Positions 20,274 to 30,791 of a stretch of DNA of 64,000 nucleotides are shown here, piece after piece. Positions within the stretch are counted from its first letter, which is position 1. Every line of letters begins with the position of its first letter. Source of the DNA: a virus. A program made the translations under genes and the position numbers. The stretch is taken from positions 8,173 through 72,172 of IMG/VR virus record IMGVR_UViG_3300035670_000153. One strand, written 5' to 3'. Below the pieces are notes generated by a model. That model saw only the letters and a program-made list of their open reading frames with translations. It was not told where the DNA came from and searched no databases.

Positions 20274-20303
20274 ATTAGGATGGAAAATTAATTCCATCCT
20301 AAT
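20274..20303 (-). terminator. Terminator hairpin
   Basis: ATTAGGATGGAA / TTCCATCCTAAT inverted repeat just downstream of the GH16 locus. Confidence 0.6.
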
Positions 20304-20315
20304 CATATATATTAT

Positions 20316-22192
20316 TTATTTTATTGTATCTATTGCTTTTACTAGTTCATTCCATGCATTTATTAAGTTTTGTTTTTGTGTACTATCTATAGAATTAACA
20401 ATTTGAACTATACTTTTAACTAAATTGAATAATTGTGGTGATAATACCTCGTTTTCACTTACTACTGGTACTTCCTCATTTATTATTGGAGTTTCTATAA
20501 ATTCATGCCCCATTAATTCTATTTCGTACATTCTTACATGACCATCGTTATCAGTTTCCCATCTTACTTTACTTGTAGTTATTTCTTTGAAAATATCTAT
20601 AGGAGTTGCATTTTTATTTTCTGTTACTTCTAAATGAGTTATCCAGTTAGCACCATCAAAGTATTTTAATTTATATTGATTAGGGCTTGATTATATCCAT
20701 CAAATCCAAAATAAGTTCTCATTTCGCTAATAGTATATAATCCACCTAAATCAATTTCTATAAAATGTTGGTCTGATGTGCTTGCTGAAACCCATCTTCC
20801 TATATTGGATTTATTATCTCCATTTACTGCATTTTCGCCTATATATCCTGCATGTACTGAATCTACGATAACACTCTTTCCTTTTGCCACATTTATTTTA
20901 TCTGAAATCACAGAAGGTTCTATTGGTTTTACTTCTACCAATTCTTCTAATCGTATATCATCAAAATATATAATATGTGAACCACCACCAATGTCATTTC
21001 CCATTAATCCACTATAGAATAACAATCTTGCTTGTGTATCACTTACTGTTGCAGTAAAGTCCATTATATATTCATTTGTTTGTAATCCAAAATCTAATGC
21101 ACTATACAAAAATATCTTACTCCATCCTGCATTAGGTCTATCGATGACAGGTCTAATATGTTTTATGATTTTATTTGACCTAGCTTTGAAAGTTAATCTA
21201 TATTTTTTATCTTTTTCTATATTTATAGGATTAATATATTTTATTGATTGCAGGTGTTGTTCATATACATCTTGAGTTATCTCTACAACTAATTCTCCAT
21301 TTAATATAATAGGTTCTTTTATGCCATTTCTACCATCTAATTCCCACATTTTATTTATTGTATCAGAAAAATCTCCATTTTTAATAATATTAATTCCACT
21401 TGGTTTTAATTCTATTGAAGGTAATACATCATTTTGTTCTATTATTGGCATATCATATGTGTCTTGAGCATATACACGAACATAATCTATAACCATTTGT
21501 CCTTGTTCATTATTTGATAATGGTAATTTATTCCCAATAAAATTTCCACCAACTGCTAAATTTATAATGATATAAAAATTTTTATCAAATGGAGCAGGGA
21601 ACTTTTGTTTCTCTTGACCTGTAATTCCATAAGTGCTCCAATTATTAGTTTTTCCCATTAAAACATCATCACAATACCAACGTATTTCCGTAGGAGTCCA
21701 CTCAACAGCATATATATGATAATCTGAGTTTAGTCCCCCATTTGGTAAATATACAGAGCCTGTACTTGATAGTTGATGTTGATTATTTAATCCAGTATAA
21801 TGAATTGTTCCTACGTATCTATCTAAATCTCCACCTGTTTCCATAATATCTATTTCTCCAGATGAAGACCAATTCCCATATTCATTTGTCTCTGGCATAA
21901 GCCAAAAAGCAGACCAATAACCTTGTCCTACTGGTAATTTTGCTCTCATTTCAAATCTTCCATATGTTTGAGAAAACTTTCCTTTTGATTCTATTGCCCC
22001 TGACACATACGGTTTATTATCAGGATTACTTTTCTTTTCTGCTTTTAACGTAAGTTCTCCATTAGATACAATTACATTTTCACTTGAATAATAAGATTGT
22101 TCATTATTACTATATTGACTTTTATGTAAAGACCATTTACTACTATCTAATAAACCACCTTCGAATTCATCACTCCATGTTAATTTCCACAT
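20316..22192 (-). pseudogene. GH16 beta-1,3-glucanase (laminarinase) + CBM4-like + F5/8 (CBM32-like) domain, with a single frameshift near 20680
   Basis: WSDEF, GYWSAFWLMP, catalytic GEIDIME, PFDKNFYIIINLAVGG. After NQAL the -1 frame reads NQYKLKYFDGANW...VRMYEIELMG, completing the F5/8 domain and joining ORF 20316-20531. Confidence 0.8.
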
Positions 22193-22236
22193 AAAACACT
22201 CCCCTTTATTAATTAATTATAAAATACCTATTTGTA

Positions 22237-22440
22237 CTATTCTTTAATTTCTTCTTCAATTTCTTCTTTAACTTCTTCTTCTTTTAGAACAACATCTAAA
22301 TTCCTACTCATAAACCATTTATATGCATTAATATCAAAACAGATTGCTTTAAAATTAATTAATTCTCCTTGTGCTTCATTATATCTTGCACAATCTTGTT
22401 TCTTTTTGCAATCTTCATTTTTACATTTTGATACCCACAT
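22237..22440 (-). CDS. Small Cys-rich protein
   Basis: GGAGG RBS; C..C..C.RY motif. Confidence 0.55.
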   Translation of the reverse strand: MWVSKCKNEDCKKKQDCARYNEAQGELINFKAICFDINAYKWFMSRNLDVVLKEEEVKEEIEEEIKE

Positions 22441-22574
22441 TTTTTATATGCCTCCTTTCCATATATGTATATGTTACTATTTTCACTTGATATTGTCAAG
22501 TGTCCATTTGATATTTATAATAAAATATTAGACTATAGTGTAACAACTATAATCTAATATTTTATATTATTACT

Positions 22575-23078
22575 CTATTTACCTGAACTACCTAACATAC
22601 CAAAATTTCTTTCTGATTCAAATTTTAATAAATCTTCATAACTTTTTTCTTCAACTTTAACTTTAGGTACAGGTAATAGTAATGCTTGAGCAATTCCTTT
22701 ATCATATCTATAAATAATATAATCATCTTCTAGAGATGATAATGTGCTTTCATTTGTTTCTTTAGTTATAACAATTGGTTTTGTATTCCCGTTATAAAGA
22801 GCTATAAACCATTGTTTCCTAAATCCACTATCAATTACACCTGCTGATTTTTTCATGCTTTTAATTGCACTGCTTCCTCTTTCTTCAATAAGGAACATAT
22901 ATTCATGATGAAATGCAGAAGCAATACCTGTAGGAACTAATGTAGTTTCATGTGGAGGTAATATCATATATTCTTCATCAAAACAAGCATAAATATCATA
23001 TCCTCCATCTTCTTCTCTTTTACTAGGTATTTTAGCATCAGGTCTTACTTTTGCAAAATAAATTATATCTTTAATCAC
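22575..23078 (-). CDS. dut: Trimeric dUTPase
   Basis: GYDI, RGS, GVIDSGFR, IAQA, R.FGMLGSSG. Confidence 0.92.
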   Translation of the reverse strand: MIKDIIYFAKVRPDAKIPSKREEDGGYDIYACFDEEYMILPPHETTLVPTGIASAFHHEYMFLIEERGSSAIKSMKKSAGVIDSGFRKQWFIALYNGNTKPIVITKETNESTLSSLEDDYIIYRYDKGIAQALLLPVPKVKVEEKSYEDLLKFESERNFGMLGSSGK

Positions 23079-23114
23079 TTTATTTCCTCCTTTATATTTT
23101 TTGATTTATTTTAA

Positions 23115-25601
23115 TTAAAACTGAATATCACAAGCTCCACCAGAACAAGCAGTAGCTCCCATTGTATCAACATCGGTATATTCTTTCTTACCTAATTCAG
23201 TTGCCCAATCTATATTTTTTAATGTTTTTTGTATCTTCCACATTTTATGTAAATTATATACATCCTTCAAACAATTGGCACATTCATCTTTAGATTTGAA
23301 ATTTATAGAAAACTTATTAAATCTTCTAACAAAATCTCTCTTTAATAAGTCACATCTTTCATCTGTTAATTTTTCCCCATATCCCAACGCAGTATTACAA
23401 GCGTTCCATAGGTCATTATTAAATGCATTGAACCCAGCTTCTATTAATGCAGATGTAAACAATGCAACTTCACCATATTTACTTACAATTTCTTCATGAG
23501 TTAATATTTCTGTAAATGGGGCTTGTGGATATGCTTTATCCCCAAAAGATGACAATAGTGATACACCACATAAATACTTCCTATTTTCATATATGTATTT
23601 AGTAACTTCTTCCCAATTATCTACTGTTATGGTATTACTTACATTATCCCTTAATCTATGGTCAGTACATAGGTCTATATTAGTTCCTTCTTCTATCCAT
23701 ACTTGTTGTGCTTTCTTAACATATTCTAACTGTTTAATTCCGAGTAAGTCTTTTTTAAATATAGATGTTTCAATAGGTGTGATAGGAAATGCTACTACTA
23801 TATCTCGCTCTCTATTCCAAACAGACTCTTGGCACATGGCTGGATTTGTTTTTTGCAATAATTGTGCAACTTCACTATCTTTACTAAGTTGGACATGTCT
23901 TAAATATGATGGAGAGTGTTCCCCATGAACTCCAGATGCACATTCCAACAATACAGATGAATTACCTGATGGTTTTATAACAGTACATCTAGCTGATGGA
24001 TTAATTCCAATCATTTTTGCTACTATTTTATTCCAATGTTTTACTATTTTAGCTCCTTCACCCATTATTTCATCGTCAAATATAATTTGAGGATTATTCA
24101 TCATACCTGTAATTCCTACTCCAATTAAAGCTTCTTTTTCAACTATTTCTATTGTAGCATCTTTAAAGAACTTAAAATCTGTGTATCCTGCTTGTAGTGT
24201 ACCTAATATAGATGCCATTTTACATTGATTAAAGAATACTTCTTTAGATATCGATTTAGAACCATTTATCTCTGTAAGATTACATAACTGGAATCCACTT
24301 CTCCCATCAATAGTTCTTGGTAGAAATCCAACCTCCACACACGGGTTATATGTAAAATCTTCACTATCTGTCCATAAGAATCCTGGTTCTCCATAATCCT
24401 TAACTGATTCCATTATTTTTTGAAATTCTTCAAAAGTAGTTTCATCTCTTAATAAAACTGCACTATTATTACTTCTACCTCTTTGTGGGTTCTCGATAAA
24501 CCAATTACCTGTTTTAGCATTTATCATTTCTTCATCATCTTTTGAAAATAAACATATAGTTGCACTACGCCTTACCCCACCAGAAATTACAGCATCTGCT
24601 ATATGCATACAAATATCATAAGCAACAATTGGTCTTAATTTATTTTGCCCTTTTTTTAATTCATTTTCAATTAATAGCTCGATAGTATCTAATGCTTTAC
24701 GTAACGGTTCGCTCCCAGGAGCACGAAAGCCTCCACTAATAAAACTTCCCTTTGGTCTAATATTTGACAAATCAAAATATACTTTTCTCCCAGCATATTC
24801 AGGATATACTTGGTTATCTTCAAAATAAGATGATAATAAAACATCTATTGTATTTGCCCATCCCGCAATTGAATCTGGTACTATATATGTCTTAGCTGAT
24901 TTATTTCTTTTTGATATATTTGGTAACTTAGCTATATGTTTTCTAACTACGCTGAATCCAACTCCTGCACCTGCTAATAACAAGTAAAAATATCCACCAA
25001 AGAAATCAGGTCTATCACAATAAGAAGAAGCACAATTATAGAGCTTTGCGTGAGATTTTAATAATTGTTCGCCTCCGAATTGTAAAGCTCTCTGTGCTCC
25101 TAGAAATAATTTATTTTTATATGCTAATGTTACTTCTTCTACTAATTTCTGTAATTCCAAATTATCTTTTAATTTATCTTTGTAGAATTCTTTATGCATA
25201 TCCATTACTCTATCTACTGATTCATCCCAAGTTTCATATCTACCTTTTAATTCGTCGTATCTAGCATATGCCTCATAAAACTTTGTATCACTCATTAATT
25301 TTCTTGCATCTATTCTATTTGGTTTAATTTCTATATGTACTATTTTAGACTTCGAAAACTCTTTAAAATAATTAATATTATTCAATATATTATCATAAAA
25401 AAATAATTCCTCGTTACACTTAACTACTGGGACTGAACGAATACCAATACTTCTCATTTCAGTAATATCTTGATTTATTTTATAGTTTATACCTTCTAAA
25501 TCAAATTTCTTTTTTACAACCTCACAATTTGGACATGTTGAAGTTGAGTATAAAATTATTTCATCACTCATAAGCACTCTCCCTTTTTCTATATAAAACA
25601 T
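23115..25601 (-). CDS. nrdJ: Class II (B12-dependent, monomeric RTPR-type) ribonucleotide reductase with N-terminal glutaredoxin/NrdH-like domain
   Basis: YNCA, GVGFSV, GGVRRSATI, NPCVE, LCNLTE, IKPSGNSS, C-terminal CSGGAC; N-terminal CPNC...SVP. Confidence 0.88.
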   Translation of the reverse strand: MFYIEKGRVLMSDEIILYSTSTCPNCEVVKKKFDLEGINYKINQDITEMRSIGIRSVPVVKCNEELFFYDNILNNINYFKEFSKSKIVHIEIKPNRIDARKLMSDTKFYEAYARYDELKGRYETWDESVDRVMDMHKEFYKDKLKDNLELQKLVEEVTLAYKNKLFLGAQRALQFGGEQLLKSHAKLYNCASSYCDRPDFFGGYFYLLLAGAGVGFSVVRKHIAKLPNISKRNKSAKTYIVPDSIAGWANTIDVLLSSYFEDNQVYPEYAGRKVYFDLSNIRPKGSFISGGFRAPGSEPLRKALDTIELLIENELKKGQNKLRPIVAYDICMHIADAVISGGVRRSATICLFSKDDEEMINAKTGNWFIENPQRGRSNNSAVLLRDETTFEEFQKIMESVKDYGEPGFLWTDSEDFTYNPCVEVGFLPRTIDGRSGFQLCNLTEINGSKSISKEVFFNQCKMASILGTLQAGYTDFKFFKDATIEIVEKEALIGVGITGMMNNPQIIFDDEIMGEGAKIVKHWNKIVAKMIGINPSARCTVIKPSGNSSVLLECASGVHGEHSPSYLRHVQLSKDSEVAQLLQKTNPAMCQESVWNRERDIVVAFPITPIETSIFKKDLLGIKQLEYVKKAQQVWIEEGTNIDLCTDHRLRDNVSNTITVDNWEEVTKYIYENRKYLCGVSLLSSFGDKAYPQAPFTEILTHEEIVSKYGEVALFTSALIEAGFNAFNNDLWNACNTALGYGEKLTDERCDLLKRDFVRRFNKFSINFKSKDECANCLKDVYNLHKMWKIQKTLKNIDWATELGKKEYTDVDTMGATACSGGACDIQF

Positions 25602-25628
25602 AGGTTTTAAAAATCTGTTTTTTCTATT

Positions 25629-25856
25629 TTAATGCAATGAAATCCTAATTTCATCTGCATCTCTATTTACTAATACTTTACTGAAACTATCCTCGTCGCA
25701 AAAACTACATTTTATATACGTTTCTGCTATTTTTTCATTGCCAACGTGCGTTCTTTTACCTGTTTTTTTATCATAAATTAATAATCTACTCATAGTTGTA
25801 AACTCTTTGAATACAGCTTTATTACCACATCCTGTACATATATACATAATTATCAC
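25629..25856 (-). CDS. Small Zn-ribbon protein
   Basis: CTGC...CSFC. Confidence 0.55.
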   Translation of the reverse strand: MIIMYICTGCGNKAVFKEFTTMSRLLIYDKKTGKRTHVGNEKIAETYIKCSFCDEDSFSKVLVNRDADEIRISLH

Positions 25857-26200
25857 TTCCTATTCATAGATTTTTTCTACAACCCATTCATCATAGAAAC
25901 AAACAATTGTAGCTTCTGTCCCTTCTAATAAAAAACTTATTACACAACTTTCATAATCTTCTTCTAATATGTAACCATCATATTTATTTATGGGATTATT
26001 AATTTTTTGAAATATGATTTTTTGTTGATACATAATATCACCTTTATCCTTTCTTATATTTTTATCACCACCATTCCAATAAAATTTGTGGTATAATGTA
26101 TGGTATTTTATTAACCACATAATCATTATACCACTTTTATTTTTTTATGTCAAGTAGTGTTATATCAAGGCTAAAAGGCTAATTTTGTATATTGCCATAA

Positions 26201-26725
26201 TTAAATCTCTTTACAAAATAAAATACATATATTTTTTATTTCGAAAACATTATCAAATATAGATGATTCAAAAAAATCATATTCTATATTAATTGATATT
26301 AAATATTTTTTATCATCAAATATAAATTGACCACTTGTATAAGTAAGTCCTAACGTTGGTAGTGTTTCTTCTATAAGCATTTCTAACATAATATCTTTAC
26401 ATTCATCTAATGATTTAATATCAAGTTCGTCACAATCAAAATTATATATTACATCATCTTCATAACCAGAACTATAATTACAAATACCATCACAATCATA
26501 TTCATCATCATTATCTTCTGATTCTTCATTATCACTACAATTACACATATCACATAACCATTTACTATGTCTATCAATATCATCAATATTATATTTTACT
26601 TTTTCTTCTTCTGATATCATATTTTCTTTTAATACTTGTTCTTGTTTTACACGTTCTATATTCGTATTTTCTACTACCTTTGATAATATATTGTATAATT
26701 TTTTTTTATCTTCTTCACTAAACAT
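26201..26725 (-). CDS. Acidic hypothetical protein
   Basis: GGAGG RBS; D/E/C-rich core. Confidence 0.6.
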   Translation of the reverse strand: MFSEEDKKKLYNILSKVVENTNIERVKQEQVLKENMISEEEKVKYNIDDIDRHSKWLCDMCNCSDNEESEDNDDEYDCDGICNYSSGYEDDVIYNFDCDELDIKSLDECKDIMLEMLIEETLPTLGLTYTSGQFIFDDKKYLISINIEYDFFESSIFDNVFEIKNICILFCKEI

Positions 26726-26778
26726 ATAAATCCTCCAAAATGCTATTAATATAATTTATAATATAAAGATTATATAAA

Positions 26779-26985
26779 CTATGTAATTGTAAGTTTATAT
26801 AAAAACAAATCTTCTGAAATAATTTCCCAATAATCTAGTTTACACCATATACCCATTGGATTTATTCCATCATAAAACCAAAATTCTCCAATCTCTCCAT
26901 CTGGAATATCAATCCATTTTAATATTCCATTTCTTAATTCACCATTTTTACCTCTTATAGATGTTATTTTCACAGCATTCACCAC
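26779..26985 (-). CDS. Hypothetical protein
   Basis: AAGGTGG RBS, GTG start. Confidence 0.5.
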   Translation of the reverse strand: MVNAVKITSIRGKNGELRNGILKWIDIPDGEIGEFWFYDGINPMGIWCKLDYWEIISEDLFLYKLTIT

Positions 26986-27102
26986 CTTTCAATTAAGGAT
27001 ATGTTAACATGGCTCAATACAAATATCAATATATATTTCATTGACATGATAACTCATCCTTTCAAAACTATTTATTCAAAATAAAGTTTTATGTATAATA
27101 TT

Positions 27103-27537
27103 TTAATTATCTTTACTAAACCAATTTTTTACACATTCAATACATATTTTTTTAATGTTTTCAATAGGAACATCTTCTCCTTTATTAAAGCTATCTTCTT
27201 CTATTTGTTCAGCTAAACATTTTTTATTATTTAACATTGGAGTACAAATATTATAATCAATATCTAAATTAGATATAAATTTAGCCATATTATCAATTAA
27301 TTTATCCTTATCTTTACTAATCTTTCTAGCTTGTTTTATATCATCTATATACCCAAGTAAGTCTTTTGAATATGTAATGTCTTTTTCATTAACTTTAAAC
27401 ATAGCACAGTAGTAAAAATATGGTGTTCTTGTGTTAAATTTATATTTATTATCAATAATTAACTCACATTCTAAATTATCCTCATTAAAATGTTTACAGT
27501 TAGCACAACATTTTATATGTAACATATTTTTTATCAT
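27103..27537 (-). CDS. Cys-rich hypothetical protein
   Basis: RBS; CCANC, CIEC. Confidence 0.6.
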   Translation of the reverse strand: MIKNMLHIKCCANCKHFNEDNLECELIIDNKYKFNTRTPYFYYCAMFKVNEKDITYSKDLLGYIDDIKQARKISKDKDKLIDNMAKFISNLDIDYNICTPMLNNKKCLAEQIEEDSFNKGEDVPIENIKKICIECVKNWFSKDN

Positions 27538-27560
27538 ATTTGTTCTCCTTAAATTTATTA

Positions 27561-28307
27561 TTATATAAATATTTTATTACACAATCCACCTTTACGATGA
27601 ATAGATTGTTGGTGTTGGTCTGGAAATCTTGCAGGATGTAAATTATACCATACTGGTCTTCCTCCATATGATAATTCATTTAAATGGTGTGCATCAAAAC
27701 GCTGACCTTTACATCTTATTATTTTACCATTTTTACTATATAAATCATCCTTATAAGTTCCCCATTTATTGCCTGTTTCATGTTGCCATTCTTCTATTAA
27801 ATCTGCCCTCATTTTACTAAACTCTTGTCTTGCTATTTTATTTTGTTCAGATGTTTGTTTTGTGTATCTATGAGATTCAATATCCTCTTGTAAAAGTTTT
27901 CTTTGTTTATAACTAATATCTACTCCAGTTATTTTTTCTACATCAGATAAATAGTCTTTAAATCTTCCATCAAACTTAATATAATACTTATCTAAATTTT
28001 TATTCCTATTATTTATAAAATTGCTATCGTCTCCATCTTTTTTACGTTTTTTTTTACTACTTTCAAATCTAAAACTATCTCCAACAGTCCTATTTCTTTT
28101 TTTAAATATTTCTCTTATGCTATCTTTTTTATAAATATATTGTTTATTATCTTTACTTCTAGTATTATATTTTTTACGTCTAGCTATTTCTTTTTGTAAA
28201 TCTTTTTCTTTAATTAATTCATTTGACTTCATTCTTCTTTTAAATATAGGCATTGTAATTTGTTGTGTTTTTTGTACTATTTTATTTAAATTGTTGAATA
28301 AATTCAT
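27561..28307 (-). CDS. HNH endonuclease (polymorphic-toxin-like C-terminal domain)
   Basis: LIEEW...FDAHHLNELSYGG..WYNLHPARFPDQHQ..IH. Confidence 0.7.
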   Translation of the reverse strand: MNLFNNLNKIVQKTQQITMPIFKRRMKSNELIKEKDLQKEIARRKKYNTRSKDNKQYIYKKDSIREIFKKRNRTVGDSFRFESSKKKRKKDGDDSNFINNRNKNLDKYYIKFDGRFKDYLSDVEKITGVDISYKQRKLLQEDIESHRYTKQTSEQNKIARQEFSKMRADLIEEWQHETGNKWGTYKDDLYSKNGKIIRCKGQRFDAHHLNELSYGGRPVWYNLHPARFPDQHQQSIHRKGGLCNKIFI

Positions 28308-28465
28308 TTATTATCCTCTCTTTCTATTTATATCTTTTTCAATATTATTATATTACTAAATAATTAATTTGTCAAATCAATTATTTAATTTATTTAATAC
28401 GATTTATATAACACATAATATATAGAGTAAATTTTTAAATCTACTCTATATATTTATTATATTGG

Positions 28466-30718
28466 TTATTTCATTTCATTTATTAATTCAGGTAAAAATG
28501 TATTTTTAATAGGTGTTTTTGTTTCAGATATAGCATATCTTATAGCCTTGTTTTCTCCACATAATACACAATATTTCTTAGCTCTTGTTATAGCTGTATA
28601 TAGTAACTCACAAGATAAAAGTGTATAAGCAGAATAATCAACACCTACTATAACAGTATTCCACTCAGCCCCTTGAGATTTATGAACACTTATAGCATAA
28701 GCTAATTGGATATATTTCCATGAACCTTTAGAAACAATAACTTTACCAATTGTATCAAAATCTATTACCATTAATTTTTCTGCTTGATTAATTTTTATAA
28801 TTATTCCCATAGTACCATTAAATACAGCAGTTGTAATTCCTTGTGTATTAACTAATTCATAGTCATTTTGAATATTAATAACTTTATCCCCTTCTCTTAA
28901 TTCATAACTTTTATCTTTACTAACTTCTACCGTTACAAATGAAGAACTATTAGGATTATATATTTGTTGAAGTTTATTATTGATGTTGAAAGTAGATATA
29001 TTTCCCCTCTCTTTTAATGGAACAATAATCTGTATATCTAAAATATTATTTACTCTTTTTAGATGCTTATTAAATTGTTTAATTAAATATAAATCACTTT
29101 CATCATTATTAGAATAAATATCTAATTCTAAATCTTGTAATTCTCCTAGAATAGTATTCCCTTCATATCCTTTATTAAATATTTGTTCTTGTTTTCTGAT
29201 TTTTATTGATTCCATTACTATTTTACTTTTTTGTGCTTGTCGATGTATTATTGTAAGTGTTACACTAGGAATAATATTTGTTGTTAATAAATCATGAAAT
29301 ACATTACATGTACCTATTGAACTTAATTGTCCTGCATCTCCTAATATTATTAATTTTGCTCCTGTAGGTATAGCACACAGTAAATCATAGAATAAATCTC
29401 CACCTATCATCGATGCTTCATCTATAATAATAACATCGTTTTCTAATGGTGTATTAGAATTATATGTAAATGTACCATCTTTAGTAGCTCCAAGTAATCT
29501 ATGAATAGTATATCCATCATATCCTGTAATTTCTTTTAGCCTATTTGCTGCTTTACCAGATAAAGCTGTTTGTGCAAAATTATTACTATTTAATACTGCA
29601 AGTATTAACTTGACCACAGAACTTTTACCAGTTCCTCCGTATCCTGTAATACATATTACATTATTTTCTAATGCTTTTTTTAATCCATTAATTTGTTCAT
29701 CTGTATATTTAATATCATATTTATTTTCTTCTATTTCGACTATTTTTCCCCAATCATCATAATTATTATTAACTTTTGCTTTTTGTAATCTTATTATTTC
29801 TTTTAATATATTTGTTTCTAAATTTCTTAATTTCATTAATCCTAATCTACTCTTATCATCTGCCAACCATAATTGTTTATTTAAAACCATATCTTTAATA
29901 ACATTTCCAATAACAAATCTATCTACTGTCCCAATGGTTTTTTCTAAATTAAACAGTAAATCTCTCACTAATATCCATGAATTTCCATTATAAGCTTCTT
30001 CATTAAGATAGTTCATAATGTATGCCTTTATTCTAATATCAGATGATAAGGATATACCACTATTAATCGCATAAGTATCTGCTTTTTTAAATCCTATTCC
30101 ATTAATATCTTGACAAAGAATATAAGGATTTTTTTTAAATGCTTTAACTAGTAAATCAGGGGATTTATAATAATCAACCATTTTTGCTATCATTTCTTGT
30201 GATACTCCTATTTCACCTAATTCAATTAATGCAGTAGAATAATCTATATTTTTTTTAAACTGTTTAACCATTTTTATTGCTGTGGTTACACCTATTCCTT
30301 TAACAAGTTGTAATGTTTGAATATCTCCTTCTTGTATAACTTTAAATGGATTAGGTAATGCATTGTATAAATTATCAATTTGTAAAGGTGTTAAGATATA
30401 TTCTAAATATTTTTTTTGTTTCTCTTCTGTACTAACATCTACATCTTGACTTATAAACATTAATTCGTATTGAATTCCCCATTTATCATCATTAATCTGT
30501 TTAGCTGTTATATTATATTCGTATGCCTTATTCATAGTAGGCATCTTACCTTTAATGCAAAATGAATTATATTTATCAACGATTGGATTTGAATATATAT
30601 CATCTACAATCATATCTTTAGGAATAACTGTAACTATACCAAAATCATCTTTATGATATTTAACCCAATATATTCCTACTTTACCTTTTATCAATATAGG
30701 ATTATTTTTTTCTGACAT
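28466..30718 (-). CDS. recD2: RecD2-like SF1B helicase
   Basis: HhH VKGIG, NPY..GIGFKKAD, GYGGTGKS, DEASM, GDAGQL, YAISVHKSQG, LLYTAITRAK. Confidence 0.93.
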   Translation of the reverse strand: MSEKNNPILIKGKVGIYWVKYHKDDFGIVTVIPKDMIVDDIYSNPIVDKYNSFCIKGKMPTMNKAYEYNITAKQINDDKWGIQYELMFISQDVDVSTEEKQKKYLEYILTPLQIDNLYNALPNPFKVIQEGDIQTLQLVKGIGVTTAIKMVKQFKKNIDYSTALIELGEIGVSQEMIAKMVDYYKSPDLLVKAFKKNPYILCQDINGIGFKKADTYAINSGISLSSDIRIKAYIMNYLNEEAYNGNSWILVRDLLFNLEKTIGTVDRFVIGNVIKDMVLNKQLWLADDKSRLGLMKLRNLETNILKEIIRLQKAKVNNNYDDWGKIVEIEENKYDIKYTDEQINGLKKALENNVICITGYGGTGKSSVVKLILAVLNSNNFAQTALSGKAANRLKEITGYDGYTIHRLLGATKDGTFTYNSNTPLENDVIIIDEASMIGGDLFYDLLCAIPTGAKLIILGDAGQLSSIGTCNVFHDLLTTNIIPSVTLTIIHRQAQKSKIVMESIKIRKQEQIFNKGYEGNTILGELQDLELDIYSNNDESDLYLIKQFNKHLKRVNNILDIQIIVPLKERGNISTFNINNKLQQIYNPNSSSFVTVEVSKDKSYELREGDKVINIQNDYELVNTQGITTAVFNGTMGIIIKINQAEKLMVIDFDTIGKVIVSKGSWKYIQLAYAISVHKSQGAEWNTVIVGVDYSAYTLLSCELLYTAITRAKKYCVLCGENKAIRYAISETKTPIKNTFLPELINEMK

Positions 30719-30791
30719 GCTATCACACCTTTCTATGAAATAAAATCCTCTAATATATTATATTATAATTAGAGGATTTTGTCAATAATTA

